From the NCBI GenBank assembly GCA_036679605.1, contig JAZDCZ010000398.1:1-64000 (forward strand): 64,000 nt of DNA, written 5' to 3'. The notes beneath the pieces were generated by a model. It was given only the letters and a program-made list of their open reading frames with translations, was not told the origin of the DNA and did not search any database. This document shows, piece by piece, positions 36,006-44,740 of the stretch. Source of the stretch: Gemmatimonadota bacterium. Lineage in GTDB: Bacteria; Gemmatimonadota; Gemmatimonadetes; Gemmatimonadales; GWC2-71-9. Both the position numbers and the translations under genes were made by a program. The stretch's first letter is position 1. Every line of letters starts with the position of its first letter.

Positions 36006-38621
36006 TTGTCCGAAGACATTGAGCGCCTAAGATCGGCGCTGGCTGGCCGCTACTCCATCGAGAACGAGATAGGCCGTGGTGGGATGGCGACCGTCTATTG
36101 CGCAGAGGATCCAAAACACCATCGGAAAGTGGCGGTCAAGATTCTGCGGCCCGAAATCGCCTCTACCCTGGGAATCGAGCGATTTCTCCAGGAAATAGAG
36201 GTGCTCGCCTCACTCCAACACCCTCACATACTGCCGCTCTACGACTCCGGCCAGGCCGAAGGGTTTGTTTACTTCGTCATGCCCTTCGTGGAAGGCGAAT
36301 CCCTCCGTGCCAGGCTCAGCCGAGAACGACAGTTGTCCCTGGCAGACGCAATTCAGATTACTCGAGAGATAGCCGTAGCCCTCGATTATGCGCATAGCCG
36401 AAATGTAATTCACAGAGACATAAAGCCTGAGAACATCATGTTTTCAGGCGGCCTCGCGGTCCTCGCCGATTTTGGAATCGCACGAGCGGTGAGCGCTGCG
36501 GACCAAGGAAGGCTTACCCAAACTGGCATGGCGGTGGGAACTCCGGCATACATGAGTCCGGAGCAGGGCAGTGGGGATGTCGAGGTCGACGGCCGTAGCG
36601 ATATCTACTCACTCGGCTGTGTCCTGTACGAGTGCTTGGTTGGGGATCCGCCACATACTGGGTCGTCAGCCCAGGTAATACTCGCGCGGAAATCCGTGGA
36701 GCCAGTTCGCAGTCTCAGAGTTGTGCGTGAGACGGTTCCAGAGTCCCTAGAGGACGTCGTGATGATGGCACTCGCCAAGGCCCCGGCAGATCGGTTCGCG
36801 ACCGCATCCGACTTTGCGGCGGCACTGCCACTAATCCAAACCGGATCCGGCCCAGCAATTCCTCACCATGGTAGGGCGATCAACAGAAGGCCGTCCGGTC
36901 GAACTGTCGGGTACCTGGCTGCGGCAACAATCGCGTTGGCTGCGGTGGCCTTCGGGATGCTGCGAGCCCCGGGGTTTGGTGGGTCCGACACCACGAGGCT
37001 GACGGTACTGCCGTTTGAGAATCGAGGGGCTGTCGAAGATGAGTACTTCGCAGATGGTATCACAGATGAGGTTGCTACCCGTCTTGCCGGCGTGCCCGGA
37101 CTGTCGGTCATCGCGCGTCAGAGCGCCATTCAATACAAGGACAGTAAGAAAACTGCGCGGGAAATCGGGGATGAGCTGAAAGTGGATTACCTCCTGGAGG
37201 CCACTGTCAGCTGGCAACATTCGGCGGACGGTTCGAGCAGGGTGAGAGTGAGGCCTCAGCTCGTCAAGACCTCCGATGGAAGCACGATTTGGGGACAAGT
37301 GTACGACGAAGACCTGACAGAGGTTTTTGCGGTGCAGACGAGTATCGCGAAGCAGGTTGTCGACACTCTTGGTATCACGCTGCGGGACACACACCGCAAA
37401 GACATCGAGTTGAAGCCCACAGACGATCTTGCCGCCTACGCTTTCTATCTGCAGGGCAAGGATTTCTTCAACCGGCCGATCAGTGAGGAGAATCTTCGGT
37501 TTGCTGAGAGTATGTACTCGCGGGCGTTGGATCTCGATCCAAAATTCGCGTTAGCAGCAGCGGGGCTTTCTACGATCCATTCAAGGATCTATTGGTACTT
37601 TTTCGACCGCACGCCGCAACGGCTCTTGAAGGCGAAAGCCGCGGCCGACAGCGCGTTGGCCTTGGCTGCGGATTTACCAGAGGCCCACATGGCAATGGGT
37701 GAGTTCCACTACCGAGGCAGTCTCGATTACGATCGAGCCCTGCGGGAGTTCGCGGTGGCAGGCGAACGGCGACCGAACGACAGCGAAGTGCTAATGAACA
37801 TTGGGTTGATCGAGCGTCGTCAAGCAAAGTGGAGTGATGCGAAGGACCATATCAACTTGGCATCTGAGTTGGAGCCTCGAAGTACGACCAACGCAGTACA
37901 ATCAGCGTTTACGTACTTCTTCATGCGCGAATATGGAGAAGCAAAGCGTCACATAGAGAGAGCGATATCGTTTGCACCCGACGAACCTCGGCCTCACGTG
38001 ATGGAGGCACTTATTCAAGTTCATTGGAAGGGAGACACGGCACAGGCAAGGCTTGCTCTCGAGCAAGCTGAGAGAGTGAACACTCGGGCCCTGGATCCCC
38101 AGACATGGCTGCATTGGGGGCTCTACCGAATACTCGAGGCCGCCTCGGAAGTGTCTCTCTCCCGTCTCGAGGCATTCAACACTGAGCGTGCGTTTTACTA
38201 TTTGGCTGCTGCCGATGTATTCCGGATCGCTGATCACCCCGACCTGATGACTAGCTACTACGATTCAGCACGAGTGATTCTCGAGACTGAACTAGGAACC
38301 CAACCTAATGAGGCTCGTTTCCACAGCGAGCTAGGTATCGCTTATGCCGGTCTCGGCCAGCGTGAGAAGGCTATTCGCGAAGGAGAGTTGGCGGTCAAGC
38401 TGCTGCCCATATCCAACGAAGCGATCTTGGGTCCGGATATGGTGAGAAACTTGGCCCAGATATACCTAATGCTCGGCATGTATGATGAATCTGTCGACCG
38501 ACTAGAAGAGTTGCTTGAAGTGCCGTCATCCATGTCCGCCAACTGGCTCCGGTTCGACCCACTATGGCGTGATCTCCGCGATCATCCAAAGTTTCAGCGA
38601 TTGGTCGCGAGCGCGAACTAG
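36006..38621 (+). CDS. Hanks-type Ser/Thr kinase with TM helix, TolB-like and TPR domains
   Basis: GRGGMA, VAVK, HRDIKPEN, DFG, GTPAYMSPEQ; TM; VLPFEN..DEYFADG; TPRs. Confidence 0.92.
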   Translation: MSEDIERLRSALAGRYSIENEIGRGGMATVYCAEDPKHHRKVAVKILRPEIASTLGIERFLQEIEVLASLQHPHILPLYDSGQAEGFVYFVMPFVEGESLRARLSRERQLSLADAIQITREIAVALDYAHSRNVIHRDIKPENIMFSGGLAVLADFGIARAVSAADQGRLTQTGMAVGTPAYMSPEQGSGDVEVDGRSDIYSLGCVLYECLVGDPPHTGSSAQVILARKSVEPVRSLRVVRETVPESLEDVVMMALAKAPADRFATASDFAAALPLIQTGSGPAIPHHGRAINRRPSGRTVGYLAAATIALAAVAFGMLRAPGFGGSDTTRLTVLPFENRGAVEDEYFADGITDEVATRLAGVPGLSVIARQSAIQYKDSKKTAREIGDELKVDYLLEATVSWQHSADGSSRVRVRPQLVKTSDGSTIWGQVYDEDLTEVFAVQTSIAKQVVDTLGITLRDTHRKDIELKPTDDLAAYAFYLQGKDFFNRPISEENLRFAESMYSRALDLDPKFALAAAGLSTIHSRIYWYFFDRTPQRLLKAKAAADSALALAADLPEAHMAMGEFHYRGSLDYDRALREFAVAGERRPNDSEVLMNIGLIERRQAKWSDAKDHINLASELEPRSTTNAVQSAFTYFFMREYGEAKRHIERAISFAPDEPRPHVMEALIQVHWKGDTAQARLALEQAERVNTRALDPQTWLHWGLYRILEAASEVSLSRLEAFNTERAFYYLAAADVFRIADHPDLMTSYYDSARVILETELGTQPNEARFHSELGIAYAGLGQREKAIREGELAVKLLPISNEAILGPDMVRNLAQIYLMLGMYDESVDRLEELLEVPSSMSANWLRFDPLWRDLRDHPKFQRLVASAN

Positions 38622-38629
38622 CGGGCAAC

Positions 38630-39409
38630 ATGGTATGCGCAGGCATGGACCCGCCACTTGAGAGTTCCCACAATCGCGGCGCAGACCAGATCAAGAAGAT
38701 AACCACCACTAGGGCCGGCATAATCAAGCAAACCGGCGAACCGTTTGAGTGCCATTTCAGCTTCCTGAGCGCCGTGGACATCGATCGGATATGTCAGCTG
38801 CAGTCGGATGTCCTAGCGGTGGCGCCGAGTCCGCTTCCACTCTACGTGCGTGACCACGACTTTTTTGCAAAGTGTATCGAAGACAGAGGCTGTATAGTCG
38901 GGGCAAAGCATGAAGAGAATCTCATCGGATACGCGGTGCTTTGCATTCCCGAATGCGATGAAGAGAACTATGGTGTGGAACTTGGGTTCGCACAATCCGA
39001 GCTGGAGCACGTTGGACACCTAGCTGGTTCCGGCGTTCACCCTGACTACCGTGGGAACGGCCTACAATCTTGCCTGGTCGATCTGCGAGGGTCCTACGCA
39101 TTGAGCGCGGGCTACCATCATCTATGCGGCGAAGTACTTCCTGGAAATGCTGTCAGCATTCAGAACCATCTTTCCAACGGATACTTTCTCAAGGGATTCA
39201 AGATCGATCGCTTTGATCTGTCGGTGTACATCCTGCACAGTGATGTGCGAGTCGAACCGGAACTCGCTGCTGATAGCAAGACTACGGAGGCTCCGATCCA
39301 CGACGTGGCCACATACAGAAGAATGATGGACGCAGGGCTCTGGGGTTTCGGGGTGACCGACCGAGACGGTATACCCCATATCACTTACGGCAAGTTCGTG
39401 CAAAAGTGA
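38630..39409 (+). CDS. GNAT family N-acetyltransferase (start uncertain)
   Basis: GVHPDYRGNGLQ acyl-CoA motif; PGNAVS. Confidence 0.8.
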   Translation: MVCAGMDPPLESSHNRGADQIKKITTTRAGIIKQTGEPFECHFSFLSAVDIDRICQLQSDVLAVAPSPLPLYVRDHDFFAKCIEDRGCIVGAKHEENLIGYAVLCIPECDEENYGVELGFAQSELEHVGHLAGSGVHPDYRGNGLQSCLVDLRGSYALSAGYHHLCGEVLPGNAVSIQNHLSNGYFLKGFKIDRFDLSVYILHSDVRVEPELAADSKTTEAPIHDVATYRRMMDAGLWGFGVTDRDGIPHITYGKFVQK

Positions 39410-42400
39410 ACTGGGCTCTCAAGCTTCTCAATATCAGGTCTGAAGAGAAGAACGTATCAGGCGCACTGTTCGTCTTCTCGTTCGTGATCGGCCTAGCTCG
39501 TGTCTTCGCCCTCAATGCATCGCAGGCGATCTTCTTGACCCACTTCGATGCCGGTGACCTAGCGTACGTATACGTTATCGCGTCTTTGGCAACGATGCTT
39601 GTGAGCGGCGTGTACTTGCGCTTGAGCAGAATTCTCTCTCCGCGTTCATTAACCTTTGTCAACCTTGCGTTCGTTCTCGGTTTCACGTTGCTGATCAGGC
39701 TAGCTCTAGGTATGAGCGGCGCCGGTTGGCCTGCCATGGTTCTTGCGGCTTGGTACTACGCCCTCTTCCCCCTCACGAATCTCGCTTTCTGGAGCACCGC
39801 TACCAAGTTGGTGGATATTCGGCAGGGGAAGCGTCTGTTCCCGGTCGTTGCCACGGGCGACGTGCTGGCGTTTTCGGTCGGTGGATTTGCGATTCTAGGG
39901 ATGGCGAAGGTAGTGAGTAATTCGAACCTACTAGTAATCTCGGCAGCGGCCACCGTATTGGCTCTGTTCATGTTTTCTTTTCTTCTCCGAACGCACGGCT
40001 CGAAGTTCGTTCAAACGGACTCGGCTCCGCATCAGAGTCAGAGAAGGAAAGCTGTGACTTGGTCGAGTTCCTACCTGCGTCTGATGATCGGATACTTCGT
40101 TTTGAGCACCTTCGTGTTCGTGTTCGTTGACAACGCATTCAACAATGTCGTTCAAGAACAATACGACCAGGTTGCGAGAACGCGGTTCTTTGGCACGTAT
40201 TCGGCCGTTACTGCGATCGTCAATTTTTCCTTCCGTTCACTTGGTGCCGGCAGGCTGATCGGGCGATTCGGAGTGATCGCCGGGTTGCTGGGAGTTCCTG
40301 TCATGGTTCTCATCGGCTCTTCCGCAATGGCGGTCAGTGGGTCAGTGTGGGGTGCCCTGGCCTTAGTGTTTTGGCTCATGACGTTCACTCGGATGTCAGA
40401 CAAGGTGTTCCGTGGTGTTCAGACGTCTTCCATGGCGACGCTGTACCAGCCTTTGATGGACAAAGGCCCATCGGTTCAAGCCACGATGGAGGGGATAGTG
40501 GACGCAGCCGCCATGGGATCGGCGGGGCTCTTCCTGTTGCTACTTCACAAGTTCTTCGATGTTGGCGCAGTTCAACTCGGGTTTTTTCTCATTGTGTTCT
40601 GTGTGATCTGGTTTGGTGTAGCAGTCAGGCTCAAACGGGAATACGTAGGCATGCTTGCAAACGCCCTGTACCGACGGCGCATCGGAGCCTCGTCGCTGAC
40701 CATAACCGATGATGACGTTCTGGGGCTAGTGACGGAGCAACTCGAGAATCCCTATCCGGAAAACGCGATCTATGCGCTGGACCTTCTCGAGCGGTCCGGG
40801 CATGCGTCATTGCCATCCGCACTGGTCAGACTGCTCGATCACGCTTCCGATAGAGTCCAGGTCGAGGCCATGCGACGAATCGAGAAACACCGGGTACGGT
40901 CTGCTCTGGCCGCCATCCAGAAGAAAATCGACGATGACTCATGCTCTGACGATCTCAGGGGTGAGGCCATGAGAGTATTTTGCGCGCTGAGTGAGGATGG
41001 TGTCTCGGAAGGGATAGCGGCGCTGGACCACGAGGTCCGTAGAATCAGAAGAGGGGCCCTGGTTGGCTTGCTACGCTCTGGGTCCATAGAAGGGGTCGTA
41101 TATGCCGGGGCCGAGTTACTTCACGATGTCCGGTCGACCGATACCCGCAAGAGAATTTTTGCGGCCGAGGTGCTGGCAGAAGCGGAGATATCGAGCTTCT
41201 ATCGCCAGGCCCTCCAGTTGCTGGACGACCCCGATGCTGAGGTACAGCGTTCGGCGCTGGTGGCGGCGGCGAGAATGGATAGCCCGGAGTTGTGGCCAAA
41301 AATAGTGGCTTCGCTGCAAGATCCGAAACTGAGATCGGCGGCGACCGAGGTGTTGCTTCGAGGAGGGAAGGCTGCCGTCAAGGATCTTGTGTTTGGATTC
41401 TCCGATTGTACAACAGATCGGCAGTTCAGATTGGGAGTCCTCAGGATCATGGGTCTGATACGCGGTTCGGAAGCTGCGGAGGAACTGTGGAAACTGGTGG
41501 AACTAGATGATCCCGAGGAACGCCACGCCGTCTTGGTCGCCCTCTCAAACTGCTCATTCGAGCCGACGTCTGAACTCACTCCCCAGCTCAGGGATCTGCT
41601 CCGGCGAGAGGTTCGGGACGCAACGCTGCGATTCGTGATCCTCGCAGCCTTGGCTGGCGAGTCACCTGCCGATCTCCTCAAGAGTAGTCTGGAATACGAG
41701 ATATCCCTCATCCGGCACAGAATCTTTCTTTTGTTGTCTTACTTGTATCCGTCCAGCGATGCTGTAGCAGCGTGGGACAACTATTCTGCTGTCGACCGGA
41801 CAAGAAGGGCATATGCACTCGAACTGGTAGAGAACTTCGTATCGAGTGACCTCAAGGTCACATTGTTCCCGGTTCTGGACGAAGCCGATATCTCGGAGCG
41901 AGTTGCTCGTCTAACCGAGAGTTTCCCAGTCGAGCACAACGGGGTTCGCGAGTGGATTTCGTACATACTGGCAGATGGAGAGACTGGCTTCAGTAGCTGG
42001 ACGCAGGAGTGCGCGCGTCATGCCCTAAGGCGACTGGAGCCCCATGCCGAAGCCCAGGTCGAAGACTCTTCCGTTGTTGCTCGCACAATGCGTCTCCGAT
42101 CAGTCGATTTGTTCAAGGAGATGCCTGAGCCGGTGCTTGCCCGACTTGCGCCGAGACTTGTGCCTATCCGGCTCGGCGAAAGTGAGGGTGTCTTCCGCAA
42201 GGGGGAGGTGGGAGACAGTCTGTATATAGTAGATGAGGGGAGCGTCAGGATCGAGGACGATGGCGTAACGGTCGCGCTCCTTGGCGAGAACGCGGTATTT
42301 GGTGAATTCACAGTCTTGCAGTCAGCACCACGCACGGCTTCCGCTACGGCGGCAGTGGAAACCCGGCTACTCCGATTCGATCAGGCCGATCTGTTCCAAC

Positions 42401-42534
42401 TGATAGCGGAACAGGTTACTGTGGCGAGGAGTATGATCCAGTTGATCCTCAGGAGGCTCGACGAGAATCGAGAAGGTCGGGAGAGTACCGGCAGATTGTC
42501 CAGAATCAGCATTTCGCTAACTCCGCTGGGTTAG
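39406..42534 (+). CDS. NTT/TLC-like MFS transporter fused to HEAT repeats and a cNMP-binding domain
   Basis: Multiple TM helices with RQGKRLFP; HEAT repeats; C-terminal VFRKGEVGDSLYIV..G...FGE...PRTASA. Confidence 0.85.
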   Translation: MNWALKLLNIRSEEKNVSGALFVFSFVIGLARVFALNASQAIFLTHFDAGDLAYVYVIASLATMLVSGVYLRLSRILSPRSLTFVNLAFVLGFTLLIRLALGMSGAGWPAMVLAAWYYALFPLTNLAFWSTATKLVDIRQGKRLFPVVATGDVLAFSVGGFAILGMAKVVSNSNLLVISAAATVLALFMFSFLLRTHGSKFVQTDSAPHQSQRRKAVTWSSSYLRLMIGYFVLSTFVFVFVDNAFNNVVQEQYDQVARTRFFGTYSAVTAIVNFSFRSLGAGRLIGRFGVIAGLLGVPVMVLIGSSAMAVSGSVWGALALVFWLMTFTRMSDKVFRGVQTSSMATLYQPLMDKGPSVQATMEGIVDAAAMGSAGLFLLLLHKFFDVGAVQLGFFLIVFCVIWFGVAVRLKREYVGMLANALYRRRIGASSLTITDDDVLGLVTEQLENPYPENAIYALDLLERSGHASLPSALVRLLDHASDRVQVEAMRRIEKHRVRSALAAIQKKIDDDSCSDDLRGEAMRVFCALSEDGVSEGIAALDHEVRRIRRGALVGLLRSGSIEGVVYAGAELLHDVRSTDTRKRIFAAEVLAEAEISSFYRQALQLLDDPDAEVQRSALVAAARMDSPELWPKIVASLQDPKLRSAATEVLLRGGKAAVKDLVFGFSDCTTDRQFRLGVLRIMGLIRGSEAAEELWKLVELDDPEERHAVLVALSNCSFEPTSELTPQLRDLLRREVRDATLRFVILAALAGESPADLLKSSLEYEISLIRHRIFLLLSYLYPSSDAVAAWDNYSAVDRTRRAYALELVENFVSSDLKVTLFPVLDEADISERVARLTESFPVEHNGVREWISYILADGETGFSSWTQECARHALRRLEPHAEAQVEDSSVVARTMRLRSVDLFKEMPEPVLARLAPRLVPIRLGESEGVFRKGEVGDSLYIVDEGSVRIEDDGVTVALLGENAVFGEFTVLQSAPRTASATAAVETRLLRFDQADLFQLIAEQVTVARSMIQLILRRLDENREGRESTGRLSRISISLTPLG

Positions 42535-42638
42535 GCCAAGCATGCTGCCTTGGATGAGGGCACGCCGGGCGTGGCTATTGCCCTACCCGGCGGTTTTGGA
42601 CATTTTTGAGGTGGCCCAAAAGTCGTTCGGAGGTTGAC

Positions 42639-43502
42639 ATGCGCGTGGTTCTATCTGCTACTGTGATCGCTGGCATGGTGCTGTCCAGCGTTTCGTCCCT
42701 CAACGCCCAAGTTATAGAGGGACTCGTCATCAACGCCCTAAATGGCGATCCCCTCGGAGACGTATCGGTCGTACTCATCGACAAGAATGGGGACATCAAA
42801 CGTGGTTATCTGACGGACGTTGATGGGGTTTACACCCTGGCCTGCCCCGAACCTGGGACTTACAAGCTGAGGATTGGCGGTGCGGGATTCCCGACCTGGG
42901 ATTCTCCGCCCCTGAAAGTTGCAAAAGAACAAACCGTCGATTTCACGGTTAGGCTGGTGCCCGAGGGCGAAGAGTCTGGCCTAGCCGGGTTCAAACAGCG
43001 CATGAAGGAAGGAAAGGGCGTGTTTCTTTCCGAAAAGGAGATTCGCAACAAGGGCGGTTCACGCTTTACAGACGTGTTGCTCAACGTAAAGAGTGTGAAG
43101 GTGATCCGATTCGATCCGGATAGCACTGTTGCGCCGGGCTTTGGCGAAGGCCAACGCATGCTGCCTACGGTAAGCACGCGTGACCAAGATGCTCCCAGTT
43201 TCAAGACGAGTACCACATATAACACGGTGAGGGTGACAGGTTCACACAGCGGATCGGAGAACGTAGGTGCCCGCCAGGGTGGAGAACCGTCGGCCCAGTG
43301 TCCTCCGGTGCTGTTTGTGGACGGGAAGTGGTGGGGCAAGATAGACAGAGTCGGCAGAAATGGACCGGACTACGAAATTCTTCCGAGTGAGTTGGTAGGG
43401 CTAGAAATTTATACGCGTCAGCTCGTGCCGCAACGGTTTGATACGGGTCTCGATTCTCAGTGTGGTGTCATCGTGGCATGGAGGAAGCAGTCGAAAAAAT
43501 AG
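42639..43502 (+). CDS. Exported carboxypeptidase-regulatory-like (transthyretin fold) + TonB-plug-like protein
   Basis: Signal peptide; IEGLVINA..GDPL, TDVDGVY, PGTYKL; GFKQR..G.G.F; CPPVLFVDG; GLEIY; CGVIVAW. Confidence 0.7.
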   Translation: MRVVLSATVIAGMVLSSVSSLNAQVIEGLVINALNGDPLGDVSVVLIDKNGDIKRGYLTDVDGVYTLACPEPGTYKLRIGGAGFPTWDSPPLKVAKEQTVDFTVRLVPEGEESGLAGFKQRMKEGKGVFLSEKEIRNKGGSRFTDVLLNVKSVKVIRFDPDSTVAPGFGEGQRMLPTVSTRDQDAPSFKTSTTYNTVRVTGSHSGSENVGARQGGEPSAQCPPVLFVDGKWWGKIDRVGRNGPDYEILPSELVGLEIYTRQLVPQRFDTGLDSQCGVIVAWRKQSKK

Positions 43503-43503
43503 G

Positions 43504-43896
43504 CTACTGAAACCGCTCCAGCAGGACGCTGATGATACCGCGAGAGACGGCTGCATTGCCGGCCATGACCTCGTATAGTAGGTCTTGATCGAGGCGCAGC
43601 AGGCGACAATCCTCCCTGGCCGTTGCTGAGGCCGAACGCGATTCGGAGTTGAGGACAGCCATTTCACCAAAAACGTCGTTGGGGGCGAGGGTAGCTAGTG
43701 TTTTCTCGTGGTCGTGGATCCGAATCGTTCCGTCGACCACTATGAACAGAGACTTCCCAATATCTCCTTTTCTGAAGACAATATCGCCTTCATCCAGATT
43801 GACCTCCTCGAGATAGGTCGCGAGGCTGCTGAGGACGTCGTCCGGTAGGGCCCCAAAAATCTTGGTTCTCTTGAGAATGAACAAGCGCTCTATCAT
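43504..43896 (-). CDS. Stand-alone cyclic nucleotide-binding domain protein
   Basis: VFRKGDIGKSLFIVVDG...FGEMAVL....RSASA. Confidence 0.88.
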   Translation of the reverse strand: MIERLFILKRTKIFGALPDDVLSSLATYLEEVNLDEGDIVFRKGDIGKSLFIVVDGTIRIHDHEKTLATLAPNDVFGEMAVLNSESRSASATAREDCRLLRLDQDLLYEVMAGNAAVSRGIISVLLERFQ

Positions 43897-44026
43897 GATG
43901 GAGCAAATGGTTCACTTCAGCGGCCCCACAGTCAAGGACCCGGTCGACATTACCGTGCCCATGGCATGGGGGTTGCATTCCTAACCCCAGCAGACGCAAT
44001 CAATCGCGAACGACCCGCACTGGTGA

Positions 44027-44719
44027 ATGGAGACTACCGTGCTGACATTTGATCCGAGCGATGTGAGGAGTGCCAGTCACAACGCACGGCTGGCAATCGG
44101 CTTTGCGGAGAGTCCGTCCGAATGGATCGATGCGACGGCAGAGTTTTCAGAGGGCAGGCTGTCCATCCACGGTCACCCGGTAATGGAGGACTGGGAGACA
44201 CCGTACATGAAGCGGCTTGCCGGCATCGTTGCAACTAGGGGCGAGACCGTGCTCGAGGTGGGCTTCGGCATGGGGATCTCGGCCCAGCATGTCCAGCAAG
44301 GGTCGGTTGGGCGCCATATCGTGATTGAGGCCAACCGGGATGTGTTCCGTTGCCTTGAGGAATTTGCCCAGCGGGCACCGGGACTTGTTGTGCCAGTGTT
44401 CGGTTTCTGGCAGGACGTGCTGCCTACCATAGAGAATGAGAGCGTCGACGGCATCTTGTTCGACACGTATCCGCTCAAAGATGAGGAAGTGCACTGCAAT
44501 CACTTTCCGTTCTTCGAGCATGCACACCGCATTCTTAAGAAGGGCGGTGTCCTCACCTACTATTCAGATGAGATCTCGGGCTTTTCCACTGCCCATCGAA
44601 TGTCCTTGTTGGACGCTGGCTTCACCGATATCAAACACGAAATCTGCCGGGTCAGGCCCCCGGATACTTGCGTTTATTGGCATAGTCAAACCATTATTGC
44701 GCCAATCATAACGAAGTAA
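44027..44719 (+). CDS. Guanidinoacetate N-methyltransferase (GAMT)/RMT2-like SAM methyltransferase
   Basis: GHPVMEDWETPYM, VLEVGFGMGISA, HIVIEAN, WQDV, DGILFDTYPL, RILKKGGVLTY parallel the animal GAMT motifs. Confidence 0.82.
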   Translation: METTVLTFDPSDVRSASHNARLAIGFAESPSEWIDATAEFSEGRLSIHGHPVMEDWETPYMKRLAGIVATRGETVLEVGFGMGISAQHVQQGSVGRHIVIEANRDVFRCLEEFAQRAPGLVVPVFGFWQDVLPTIENESVDGILFDTYPLKDEEVHCNHFPFFEHAHRILKKGGVLTYYSDEISGFSTAHRMSLLDAGFTDIKHEICRVRPPDTCVYWHSQTIIAPIITK

Positions 44720-44740
44720 CGCAGTCTCTCGGGAGCAGCA

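Noticed and set aside
15576..38621. Two kinase-TolB-TPR genes as a novel system
   Set aside because: They belong to a highly expanded paralog family typical of this lineage, are 18 kb apart and share no context
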